DNA of 64,000 nt from Planctomycetota bacterium (lineage in GTDB: Bacteria > Planctomycetota > B15-G4 > SIAN01): assembly GCA_031409275.1 (NCBI GenBank), contig JANNXA010000014.1, positions 192,001 through 256,000 on the forward strand, read 5' to 3'. Positions 11,341 through 20,459 of this stretch are shown piece after piece. How positions within the stretch are numbered: position 1 is the first letter of the stretch; each line of letters opens with the position of its first letter. The translations under genes were made by a program, and so were the position numbers. The notes beneath the pieces were generated by a model that saw only the letters and a program-made list of their open reading frames with translations, ran no database searches and was not told the origin of the DNA.

Positions 11341-12159
11341 ATGTCGAGGCGCGATCCATCTCCCGAGTCGGCGCTTTCCGACGAGCCGCTGCGGATCGGT
11401 CGCCACGAGTTCCGCTCGCGACTGCTGCTGGGAACGGGCAAGTACCCGAGCCACGACGTGATGCGCGCCTGCCATGAGGCGGCCGCCACGGAATGCGTGA
11501 CCGTCGCGGTGCGACGGGTCGACCTCTCGGGACGCGAGAAGAGCCTGCTCGACTGGATCGACCGCGGCCGCATCACGCTGCTGCCCAACACCGCCGGCTG
11601 CTTCACGGTCGAGGACGCGCTGCGCACCGCGCGCCTCGGCCGCGAGGCCGGCCTCTCGGAGCTGGTGAAGCTCGAGGTGCTGGCTGATCCGGGGACGCTG
11701 CTGCCCGATCCCGTCGCGACGCTCGAAGCGACGCGCCAACTGGTGAAAGAGGGGTTCGTCGTGCTGGCCTACTGCTCCGACGATCCGATCCTCGCGCGCC
11801 ATCTCGAGCAGGCGGGCGCGGCGGCCGTGATGCCGCTCGGCTCTCCCATCGGCTCGGGCCAGGGAATCAACAACCCGCGCAACATCCGCCTCATCAAGGA
11901 TTCGCTGCGGGTCCCGGTCCTGGTCGATGCCGGCGTCGGAACGCCATCCGACGTGACGCTGGCATTCGAGCTCGGAATCGACGGCGTCCTGCTGAACAGC
12001 GCGATCGCGCTGGCACGCGATCCGGTGCGGATGGCGGCCGCGATGCATCACGCGGCGCTGGCAGGTCGGCACGGCTTTCTCGCTGGACGCATCGCCGTCA
12101 CCGAGCACGGTCGCGCCAGCAGTCCCGAAAGCGGCAAGATCGCGGCGGCCACCCGATGA
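11341..12159 (+). CDS. thiG: Thiazole synthase ThiG
   Basis: [35 protein letters not shown] and DAGVGTPSD. Confidence 0.98.
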   Translation: MSRRDPSPESALSDEPLRIGRHEFRSRLLLGTGKYPSHDVMRACHEAAATECVTVAVRRVDLSGREKSLLDWIDRGRITLLPNTAGCFTVEDALRTARLGREAGLSELVKLEVLADPGTLLPDPVATLEATRQLVKEGFVVLAYCSDDPILARHLEQAGAAAVMPLGSPIGSGQGINNPRNIRLIKDSLRVPVLVDAGVGTPSDVTLAFELGIDGVLLNSAIALARDPVRMAAAMHHAALAGRHGFLAGRIAVTEHGRASSPESGKIAAATR

Positions 12160-13058
12160 GCGGCACCCAGCGCCGCCGCGTCGACCCCGCGCTGCTCGGC
12201 GAGCAACGGCTCGCCAGCAGCCTGGTCGCGCTCGATTTCGCCAGCGTCCATGCCGCCGCGGCCGAACGTCCGCGCGTCATCGTTCGCGGCGGGCCGTGCC
12301 GCATCTGCAGCGGGCGCTTCGGACCGGTGATCGACACCACCGAGCTGTTCCGCGGCACCTGCTTCCTGACCGCCCATGCGCTGATCGACGGCGCGCTGGT
12401 GCTGAAGCAGGTGACCAGCACCAAGCACCGCGAAGATCTCGACAGCGTGCCGCCCATGGACGCGATCACCGTCATCGAGGCGCTCGCTCGCGCCGAGTCG
12501 TTCCTCGCCACCTGCGGAGACGACCGCTTCCCCGAAAGTTCGCCCGGCCGGCGCGGCTACGTCTCCATCGCGAAGCGCCACCGCGAAGGAGCCCACGGCA
12601 CGCAGATGCTGACGCTGCACCCGCAGCCGCCACCGTGGCTGCTGCGCGAACGCGAGTTCGTGGCGCGCTACGGCGCCGGCCGACCGTCCGTGCTGGAAAC
12701 CAAGACACCCGCCGAGCTCATGGTCGGCGAGTTCCGTGGCGGGCTCGCGGCGGCGATGCCGGCGGCACCGCGACGCGCGTTCGAGATGTTCATCTGGTTC
12801 CGTCCCGGCGCGACGGGAGCGCTCTCCGACTTGAGCGGCAATCAGCGCTGGGGTGTGGCGCAGGCGATCCGCGAATTGACCGGGGCGCTGCGCCTCGAGC
12901 TGGCCGTGCGCGGGCTGCCGGCCGACTACGGCTGGCGACTCGTCGCTGGAGCGGACATCGAGCCGTACGTGCACATCCTGACGCCGAAGACGCTCGAGGT
13001 CGTCGACGGCCCGAGCGAGTGGGTGGAACGGCTGCGGGCTCACATCGGCGTCGAGTGA
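12156..13058 (+). CDS. Hypothetical protein, probably a divergent GalT/HIT-superfamily homolog
   Basis: ATGA overlap with thiG. The order of motifs RP...[29 protein letters not shown] and [10 protein letters not shown] parallels galactose-1-phosphate uridylyltransferase, but HxHxQ is not intact. Confidence 0.6.
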   Translation: MSGTQRRRVDPALLGEQRLASSLVALDFASVHAAAAERPRVIVRGGPCRICSGRFGPVIDTTELFRGTCFLTAHALIDGALVLKQVTSTKHREDLDSVPPMDAITVIEALARAESFLATCGDDRFPESSPGRRGYVSIAKRHREGAHGTQMLTLHPQPPPWLLREREFVARYGAGRPSVLETKTPAELMVGEFRGGLAAAMPAAPRRAFEMFIWFRPGATGALSDLSGNQRWGVAQAIRELTGALRLELAVRGLPADYGWRLVAGADIEPYVHILTPKTLEVVDGPSEWVERLRAHIGVE

Positions 13059-13074
13059 CGCGGCGGCGACGCGA

Positions 13075-14157
13075 TCAGTCGACGCGCCACGCCGGCAACC
13101 AGGTCGCGCCCTGGAATTCGAAACCCTTGGCCGCGAGCTTCGCCGCGAAGTCCGGCAAATGGGCCGCGCCGTAGAAGAGCGCGAGCCAGCGACCCGGCGC
13201 GCCGTTCGTCAGTTCGTCGTCGAGCACCGTCAGCGCGGCATCGTTGCGCCAGTCGATCAGCACGTCGGTCAGCCCTTTCATCTGCAGCGCCATCATCGAG
13301 TCGGCCATCGCCAGCGCACCGGCGACCTGCCGCTTCAACATCGACCGCATCCGTGCATCGGCGCCCGCCTTTGCGAGGTCGAACGTGCCGAGCATCATCT
13401 TCAGCAGCCCTTGCACCAACGGGTTGTCGGTCGGCAATGCGACGCCGCGCGCGTCGAGCTCCTCGGTCAGCGCGACGAAGTCGACGTCGGCGTTGCGCCA
13501 GAAGCGGCGGCGATAGTCGAGGCCGTCCTTCTGGAACGTGAGGCCGAGCGCATCGTTCAGCATCAGCTGCAGTTCGAAGAGCGCGTCCATGCGGGCGACC
13601 TGCTCGTCGCTCGGCGGCGTCGAACCGCTTTTCGCGCCGACCCCCTCGAACAAGACCACGTCGCACGAATCGAGCACGTCCTGCAACTGGTCGTAGTAGC
13701 CGCGGTCGGCGATGTGGATGGCGCCAACGAGGAACAGCGTGGTCCGCGTCGGTTCGTGGAAGTAGCGCCCGATGCCGACCTCGAGAGCGCCCGGCGCCGT
13801 GCTCGTCGGAGCCGTGAAGCGCGTGAAGCTCTTCGGGGGCTGCTCGAGCGTCGACACCAGCCAGAGCGGCGCGAACAGATCGGCCGGCCCGTCGGCGCGT
13901 ACGACGGTGCGCACGAGGTGGCGCGGAAGTTCGAGCTCGCCGCGTTCGCGATCCTGGAAGCGGACGCGATGGGCCTGCGTATCGAGGAGCGTTCCGACCA
14001 GTTCGCGACCGCTCTTCAGGATCACGCGATCTTCAGCGCGCGCGGCGCGAGCAGCCCCGCCAGCCAACGCGGCCACGACCAGCAGCGAAGCCGCGACGAG
14101 AGCGCCGCCGAAGCGAGACCTTGGGTTGCACCCGCGCGGCCGGTGGATCGAGCTCAT
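13075..14157 (-). CDS. Secreted TraB/GumN-like domain protein
   Basis: Signal peptide ending ARA, N-terminal DRVILKSGRELVG module, and putative metal-site motifs LVGAIHIA, VLFEGV, WRND and FYGAAHLPD. Confidence 0.6.
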   Translation of the reverse strand: MSSIHRPRGCNPRSRFGGALVAASLLVVAALAGGAARAARAEDRVILKSGRELVGTLLDTQAHRVRFQDRERGELELPRHLVRTVVRADGPADLFAPLWLVSTLEQPPKSFTRFTAPTSTAPGALEVGIGRYFHEPTRTTLFLVGAIHIADRGYYDQLQDVLDSCDVVLFEGVGAKSGSTPPSDEQVARMDALFELQLMLNDALGLTFQKDGLDYRRRFWRNADVDFVALTEELDARGVALPTDNPLVQGLLKMMLGTFDLAKAGADARMRSMLKRQVAGALAMADSMMALQMKGLTDVLIDWRNDAALTVLDDELTNGAPGRWLALFYGAAHLPDFAAKLAAKGFEFQGATWLPAWRVD

Positions 14158-14207
14158 GGCACGCAGACTCCCGCATCGGGCACGGGCAACCGCCCGCGCG
14201 AGGCGAC

Positions 14208-14852
14208 TCACGCTATCCGAGCGTCGCGTGGGAAGCGTCCGTCGCGAAGGAAGGCCACCACGTACTCGTGGACCTTGCGGCTGCCGAGCACCGAAGTGTG
14301 CGTCGCGAGCAGTCGCACGTGGTCGCGCTCGCCATCGAAGTGGGTGCTCGGCTCAGGGACCAGATGGTCGAGGCGGGCCGCGATGACGCCGCACGCGATC
14401 CCCGGCAAGGGCGTCAGCGTGCGTGCTCGACTGTCGTCGCGATCGCGCAGCTCGCGCAACACGGGCACGAGCGGCCCGAGGAAGGGCGCGAGCCAGCGCG
14501 CGACCAGCGAGCCGCGATTCGGCGGCACCAGCATCACGACACGGCCGAGGCCGCGCGGACGCTCGATCGCCAGCGCGGCGCGCGCCACCAGGTTGCCGAG
14601 GCTGTGGCCGACGATGTGCAGCCGACGGCAACCCGGTTCGGCGGCGAGGCGCTTGAGTTCTGCCGCGAACGCACGCCCGTGCTCGTCGATCGAGCCGCGC
14701 ACGCTCGGATAACCGAAGCGGACCGTGCCGAAGCCTGCACGTTCGAGCGCACGCGCCAACGAGCCGAGCGAACGGGTCGTCCGCAGCAGCCCGTGCACCA
14801 GCACCACCCGCTCCTCGCGCACGGACCCGACGCTTCCCGCTTTCTGCGCCAC
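14208..14852 (-). CDS. Alpha/beta hydrolase (lipase/esterase family); start uncertain
   Basis: VVLVHGL, nucleophile elbow IVGHSLG, PPNRGS, DHLV and ATHT. Confidence 0.85.
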   Translation of the reverse strand: MAQKAGSVGSVREERVVLVHGLLRTTRSLGSLARALERAGFGTVRFGYPSVRGSIDEHGRAFAAELKRLAAEPGCRRLHIVGHSLGNLVARAALAIERPRGLGRVVMLVPPNRGSLVARWLAPFLGPLVPVLRELRDRDDSRARTLTPLPGIACGVIAARLDHLVPEPSTHFDGERDHVRLLATHTSVLGSRKVHEYVVAFLRDGRFPRDARIA

Positions 14853-14917
14853 ATGGTGCTCCCGGGCGAAAACACTAGTCTTCCGCGTCCTCGCGTCGAG
14901 CTGCGCCCGGAGAAGAC

Positions 14918-16021
14918 ATGCCCGTCTCGCTGATGGCCCTGCTCGCTTCGCTGCTCCTCCTGCAGACGCCGCCGTCCGATCCATCGCCCGCCGCATGCGA
15001 TGAGGCGCTCGCGACCTTCGAGAACTCGCTCGCCGACGTGCAGGCCGCGACGCTCGCCGACCTTGCCGCCGCGCTCAAGGCACTGCCGGCCGCGCCCCTC
15101 CGGCAACTGCGCGATCACGCCAGGAAGACGCTCACGGTCGAGCTGCGACCGGGCCCGCCTCCATGGTTCGATCCGGTGGAATACGCCGGCGCCGAGGCGG
15201 CGCGAGGCCGGGTCGTGCGCAAGCCGGTCGATCCCGCCGGCGAGGATGCGGCAGCGCAACGCGGCCGCTTCCGGCCGTGGGAGAACGACCCGCCGTTCGC
15301 GATTCGCGTCGAATGGGACTTCGCCAGCGACCGCGCCGTCAAGAACAGCGACGCTCCGCTCGACAGCTTCGGCCAGCTCTTCAATGCGCTGAACGGCTAC
15401 GACCAGGACGCCGACGTGCTGGTCGCATGGCTGCTGTCGCGCTTCGACTTCGAGAAGAAGTTGGACGCCAAGGCGAGCTACTTCGCCCATTCCTACTGCG
15501 ATCTCGGCGGCCGCATCTATCCGGAGATCTCGCTCTACGACGCCTGGTCGTCGGGCACCGGGATGGACATGCCCGACGTCGACACCATCGCGTGGGCGCG
15601 ACTGCTGATGAAGGACAAGTCCTACGTCGCACCGCTGCCGGCCGACGCGCGCCGCCAGAAGCTCTACGACTCGCTCAGCGCCGGCTTCCTCGAGTACTTC
15701 CGCTACCGCATCTGGATCGAGGGGGCGGCGCAGATCTTCATCAACCCGGACGCGCCGTTGCGCGAGGCGCACGAGCCGATGCGACGCCGGCTGCTCCATC
15801 TCTTCACGGTCTGCAAAGGGGAGGTCGAGTCGATCGCCAAGCGGCTGAAGGAGCTCGGCACACGCGACCGCTTCATCGAGGCGATGGACGCCGAGATCGC
15901 GGCCGACCCGCGCGCCGACTCCGCCATCGCGCGATTCGTCGAGAAGCGCGTGCAGGAGCGCTGGACCGTCGCGCGCGCCTGCTACTCCGTCCTGCGCGCA
16001 CACGGCCTCCTCTCCGAATGA
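14918..16021 (+). CDS. Secreted hypothetical protein
   Basis: Signal-like MALLASLLLLQ and strong high-GC3 coding bias; no family recognised. Confidence 0.8.
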   Translation: MPVSLMALLASLLLLQTPPSDPSPAACDEALATFENSLADVQAATLADLAAALKALPAAPLRQLRDHARKTLTVELRPGPPPWFDPVEYAGAEAARGRVVRKPVDPAGEDAAAQRGRFRPWENDPPFAIRVEWDFASDRAVKNSDAPLDSFGQLFNALNGYDQDADVLVAWLLSRFDFEKKLDAKASYFAHSYCDLGGRIYPEISLYDAWSSGTGMDMPDVDTIAWARLLMKDKSYVAPLPADARRQKLYDSLSAGFLEYFRYRIWIEGAAQIFINPDAPLREAHEPMRRRLLHLFTVCKGEVESIAKRLKELGTRDRFIEAMDAEIAADPRADSAIARFVEKRVQERWTVARACYSVLRAHGLLSE

Positions 16022-16067
16022 GCGCTCGGCTCGTGCCGGCGCCGCGGCGGACCGTAAGCTGACGCCG

Positions 16068-16958
16068 ATGAGCTCGAATCGCCCGAACCTCCCGCTGCTT
16101 TCGCCCGCCCCGGCCGCGCACGGCGCGCCCGTCGAGGCCGTCGCGCCATCGAGCGAGCAGCTCGCGCGCCTCCACTCCGGACTCGATGCGCTCGGGAGCG
16201 TCGCGGTCGCGTTCTCAGGCGGGATCGACTCGACCTTGGTCCTGAGAGTCGCCCGCGACCGTCTCGGCGACCGTGCGGTCGGCGTGATCGGCGTCTCCGC
16301 GTCGCTGCCGCCGGGCGAGCTCGAGGAGGCGCGCGCACTGGCCAAGGCGATGGGCGCGACGCTGGTCGAGATCGCGACCGGCGAGATCGCCGACCCCGAC
16401 TACGCGGCCAACCCGGTCAATCGCTGCTACTTCTGCAAGAGCGAGCTCTACCGCCACGTGCTGCCGTGGGCGCGCGCCCAGGGGTTCAACCACGTCGCCG
16501 ATGGAATGAACACGGACGACCTCGGCGATTTCCGTCCGGGCACGAAGGCCGCCGACGAGGCCGGGGTCCGCCATCCGTTGCTCGACGCGGGTTTCGGGAA
16601 GGCCGCCATTCGCGGCCTGGCGCGGCAGCTCGGACTCGAGAACTGGGACAAGCCGGCACTCGCCTGCCTCTCGTCGCGCGTGCCGCACGGCACGGCCATC
16701 GCTCCGGCCATGCTCGACCAGATCGGCCATGCCGAGTTGCTGATCCGACGCCTCGGCTTCGCATCGGTCCGCGTGCGCTGGCATGGGGACGTCGCGCGAA
16801 TCGAGGTTCCCGCGCACGATCTCGAGCGGCTCCTCGCCATGCGCGAGCAGGTGGTGGCCGACGTCCGCTCCACCGGCTTCCGCTTCGTCTCTCTCGATCT
16901 CGACGGTTATCGGACCGGATCGCTGCACCGAACCACCGTCGCGCCGCGCGAGCGCTGA
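16068..16958 (+). CDS. larE: LarE-family ATP-dependent sulfur transferase (PP-loop)
   Basis: AFSGGIDS PP-loop, NRCYFCK, DFRPG, KPALACLSSRVPHG and GYRTGS. Confidence 0.93.
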   Translation: MSSNRPNLPLLSPAPAAHGAPVEAVAPSSEQLARLHSGLDALGSVAVAFSGGIDSTLVLRVARDRLGDRAVGVIGVSASLPPGELEEARALAKAMGATLVEIATGEIADPDYAANPVNRCYFCKSELYRHVLPWARAQGFNHVADGMNTDDLGDFRPGTKAADEAGVRHPLLDAGFGKAAIRGLARQLGLENWDKPALACLSSRVPHGTAIAPAMLDQIGHAELLIRRLGFASVRVRWHGDVARIEVPAHDLERLLAMREQVVADVRSTGFRFVSLDLDGYRTGSLHRTTVAPRER

Positions 16959-17048
16959 CGCCATCACGGCGTCATGACGGCGCGTCCCGCGACGTCGAGG
17001 ACGCCACGGGCCGCGCGCGAAGAACGACGGAAGACGAGGCGCTTCGGG

Positions 17049-20000
17049 TCAGCTGCCCGACGGTCGCAGGTACGGGATCGCGATCGTTTCGACGTTCGGC
17101 AGCAGGAACGTGGACTTGCTGCCCACCAGCGTCGCACGGAACGCCACGTTCTGCCGCGTGTCGCAGGTGTCGACGCTGGTCGAGAAGCCGGTTCCGCCGG
17201 CCCCCTTGATCCCGTTCGATCCCTCGAATTCGAGCGTGACGGAGGTTCCGACCGGTTGGGTCGACGGAGGCGGATCGAGGATCGCCGGGAAGTAGTCCGG
17301 CAACAGCGTGTTGGTCGGGAAGACGCGCACGTACGGCGACGTGATCCGCGACGTCGTCTTCACGTAGTCGAAGACCGCGAGGTAGCGCGAGTTGTCGCCC
17401 GGAATCGGACTGATCGAGGTGGCATTGCCGGTCGCGCAGCGCGCCGCCACGGAGCCGTTGATGTTGTCGGGATTCAGCTTCGACGCCGGCGATCCTTGCG
17501 AGCCGACGCGCCAGCGCGGCTTGCCGAGGAAGTCGATCAGGCAGCCGATGACGAACGAGAAGCCGTTCTGTCCCGAGACCACCGTGTTCTGCGGGCGGAC
17601 GCGAACTTCGAAGAGCAGGCTGTCGCCGCCGACGTTCGCGTTGTTCGAGGTCCGGTAGTCGTCCCACTCGTTGCTGCCGCAGGAGTAGGTGCTGTTGACC
17701 GTCGTGCGCAGGTCCTTCTCGGCCTGCGGGATGTCGCCGTTGTTGTACTGGAACGGCACCGTGAACTCGGGCCACGGGTGCCAGGCGTTGCCGTCTCCCG
17801 GCGGCGTGAAGAGGTTGCCCTGCGTCACGCGGTACTTCGTTCCCGGCTGCACGCAAGTGACCAGCGTGTCCCAGTAGTTGGGGCCGTCGTCGCCGAAGCA
17901 GGTGGCGTTCGCACACGGACTCGTGCCGCCATCGATCAGGTCGATGAAGGAGGTGTAGTCGAACGGAACGCTCATGCCGCTGTCGGGAAACGAGGCGGCG
18001 CCCGTGTTGTTCTGCGAGATCGGGCGCATCGGCGAGTGCGCGCAGTGGATCGAGATGTCGTCATAGGTGTCGGTCGTGACGTTGCCGCCGATCGGCGCCC
18101 AGCTCACGCGGTACAGGTCGAGCAGCGTGCCCGCGAGCGCCACGCTGTTGGGCGAGCAGTCGAAATCACGCCACACCGTCTGGAAGCGTGCACCGTCGTG
18201 CGGCTGTCCTTGCGCCGTCACATTCGAATTGAGCGGCTCCGGCAAACCGGTGAAGAGCTTCGAGAACTGTCCTTCCGGTGGAAAGAACTCGTCGTGGATC
18301 TTGGTGACGAAGACGACCGGCGAGCCGGCCAGCACGCCGTTGGTCTGCAGATTCACGTCCGGGATCGGTCGGTAGTAGTTCGGCTGGTCTCGGTAGCCGA
18401 CGCCCGGCAGCCCGGTGGCGGGATCGATGCCGGTGACCGGACGGCCGCGCATGCGATGCACGATCACGCCCCAGCTCCGCGCGACCGGGGGATTGGGCTG
18501 CGTGATTGCCGCCTCAGCGGCAGTGAAGGTCGTGGTGTAGAGGATCGCGGGTTGCGCCGGATCGAAGCGCGAGTCGGGGAAGCCCACCGGCTGGCCGCCG
18601 AGGTCGACGATGCCGCGAACGCCGTCATCGAGGAACGTCGTGTAGGCCGATGAGCCGAGCTTCTGCTGCAGGTAGCTCGCGCGCGGCACGCTGGTGATCG
18701 CGAGCTGGAGGTTCTTGCTGTTCTTGCCCCACCCGACCACCTCGAAGGTGCCGGCGGCCTGGTCGACGCGGATCGGGCGGATGGTCGCGACCGTCTGCGT
18801 CGAGTCGAGCGAGACGTCGGTCAGCAGTTCCTGGAGTTCGCCGCCATCGGGACTCGCCGAAACGCGAAACGTCTCCCATTGCAGGAACGAATCGTCGGCC
18901 ATCGGCTCGGTGAAGCGCACGCGCAATTCGCAGAAGGTGGGCAGCGTGTTGCGCAGGTCGAGCGGGCCCGCTACGACGTTGCCGGAGCCGTCGATCTCCC
19001 ATGCCTCCACGAAGTTCGCGAGGCTCGCGTTCGCTCCGTTCTGCGGATTGTCCGCATCGAAGCGGGTCGGATCGATCGGGTCGGTCAGCTCAGGCTCGAA
19101 GAGCTCCGCTCGCTCGAGGCGGCACGTGTCGCCGTCCTGCGGCAGCAGCGTGAAGAGTCCGTTGATGGTCACGGTGTCGACGCTGTTGCCGGAGATGACG
19201 TGCGTCTCCTCGGCGGGAGCGCCCGGCCGCAAGACGAGCTTCGCACCGGCCCATTCGCCGCGCCCCGACTTCGACAGCGTCGAGAACGAAGCGCCGGCGA
19301 ACCGGACGCTGCTCGCGCCGGCCACGTCGCCGCCCACGAGGTCGACGACACGCGTGTCCGCGAGCGTACGCACGATGCGCGGCACCGAGACGTCGGGCAG
19401 GAAGCCGTTGTAGGTCTCGTTGGTCGGGATCAGCTGGTTCTGCGCGATGAAGTCGAGGACGCGGTTGCCCGGGTTGATGCCGATGGGCGTCGCCACTTCA
19501 CCGAGCCCGTCGGTGCGCGCGCCAAGGAACGCGCCGCCGGTCGAGCGCAGGACGCTCGGCCCGGTGCGCGGGAGTCGCAGCTTGAGGAAGCCGGTCGCGT
19601 CGGCGCGCGGCTCGCCGCTCGGGCCGAAATTGACAGGGCTCTCCGGGAATCCCACGCTCGTCGCGCCAGACGGGTTGATCCAGATCGTGCGCGCCCCAAC
19701 CTGGGTGATCTCCACGGGGACCGGCGTGCCATCCTGTTGACGCACCTGCACCGAGCCCGCGGTCACGAGCGCACCGTTGGCGTCGATCTCGTCGGCGCGC
19801 AGCGAGCTCGCGTCGATGGGCGCGCTGAACTCGAGTTGGAGCACGCAGTTGCGAGGGATCACTCGCGGCAGGTAGCTCGAACCAAGTCCGAGCGACTGCG
19901 GAGCATCGAGGTCGACGCCGCCCGCCAGCGGCTGCAGCGTTCCCGGTAGCGCCAGACCGGTCACGGCATCGATCTCGACCGTCGTCAGCGGGCTCACGAG

Positions 20001-20174
20001 GCGCGGACCGCTGCCCTCATCGACGAGGCGTCCGTAGTTCACATCGTTCAGGCGGAACCCTGAACTCTTGGTGCCGGCTGGCGATCCACCGCCGCCCGAG
20101 CACGCGCCGATCGCAAACAAGGCGGCGGTCGAGAGCACGCCCAGGAGTCGGGGAGGACGGTTCGAGCGGAACAT
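17049..20174 (-). CDS. Large Ig-like-domain lipoprotein, paralog A (1041 aa)
   Basis: GAGGAG SD plus ATG at 20174; lipobox AIGAC followed by SGGGG; Ig-like motifs LQLEFSAPID, LRVRFTEPM and GIVDLGGQP. Confidence 0.85.
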   Translation of the reverse strand: MFRSNRPPRLLGVLSTAALFAIGACSGGGGSPAGTKSSGFRLNDVNYGRLVDEGSGPRLVSPLTTVEIDAVTGLALPGTLQPLAGGVDLDAPQSLGLGSSYLPRVIPRNCVLQLEFSAPIDASSLRADEIDANGALVTAGSVQVRQQDGTPVPVEITQVGARTIWINPSGATSVGFPESPVNFGPSGEPRADATGFLKLRLPRTGPSVLRSTGGAFLGARTDGLGEVATPIGINPGNRVLDFIAQNQLIPTNETYNGFLPDVSVPRIVRTLADTRVVDLVGGDVAGASSVRFAGASFSTLSKSGRGEWAGAKLVLRPGAPAEETHVISGNSVDTVTINGLFTLLPQDGDTCRLERAELFEPELTDPIDPTRFDADNPQNGANASLANFVEAWEIDGSGNVVAGPLDLRNTLPTFCELRVRFTEPMADDSFLQWETFRVSASPDGGELQELLTDVSLDSTQTVATIRPIRVDQAAGTFEVVGWGKNSKNLQLAITSVPRASYLQQKLGSSAYTTFLDDGVRGIVDLGGQPVGFPDSRFDPAQPAILYTTTFTAAEAAITQPNPPVARSWGVIVHRMRGRPVTGIDPATGLPGVGYRDQPNYYRPIPDVNLQTNGVLAGSPVVFVTKIHDEFFPPEGQFSKLFTGLPEPLNSNVTAQGQPHDGARFQTVWRDFDCSPNSVALAGTLLDLYRVSWAPIGGNVTTDTYDDISIHCAHSPMRPISQNNTGAASFPDSGMSVPFDYTSFIDLIDGGTSPCANATCFGDDGPNYWDTLVTCVQPGTKYRVTQGNLFTPPGDGNAWHPWPEFTVPFQYNNGDIPQAEKDLRTTVNSTYSCGSNEWDDYRTSNNANVGGDSLLFEVRVRPQNTVVSGQNGFSFVIGCLIDFLGKPRWRVGSQGSPASKLNPDNINGSVAARCATGNATSISPIPGDNSRYLAVFDYVKTTSRITSPYVRVFPTNTLLPDYFPAILDPPPSTQPVGTSVTLEFEGSNGIKGAGGTGFSTSVDTCDTRQNVAFRATLVGSKSTFLLPNVETIAIPYLRPSGS

Positions 20175-20432
20175 CGGTGGCTCCTCGCGGATGCGGCCAG
20201 CGAGGAGCGTCGACCCACGGATGCGATCGAGGGCGCGGCTCGGCGGCCACTCTCCCTTACTGCGCAGCGTGTGCCGTTCGTGCCACTGCAGCTTCCCGGG
20301 GGAAGCACGCGCGCCGCTCCACCGATCGTGCGACACCGAACATGTTCCAGCTCGCAGCGCTCGCGCTCCGCCCGGGCGCCCCGCGCCCATGGGGACGTCC
20401 GCGGTGAAGCGCGTCAGCGACCGCGAGCCTGC

Positions 20433-20450
20433 GCGGCGATGGATCGCCGC
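20433..20450. terminator. Short hairpin downstream of lipoprotein paralog B
   Basis: GCGGCGAT-GG-ATCGCCGC, about 10 nt after the stop codon. There is no U-tract. Confidence 0.35.
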
Positions 20451-20459
20451 CGACCGCGC

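Noticed and set aside
16956..16974. Hairpin TGACGCC-ATCAC-GGCGTCA after larE
   Set aside because: A 7-bp stem without U-tract is too weak to call in GC-rich DNA.
20260..20290. Sigma54 promoter upstream of lipoprotein paralog A
   Set aside because: TGGCAC and CGGCAC are present on the minus strand, but the -12 TTGC element is not matched at the required spacing.
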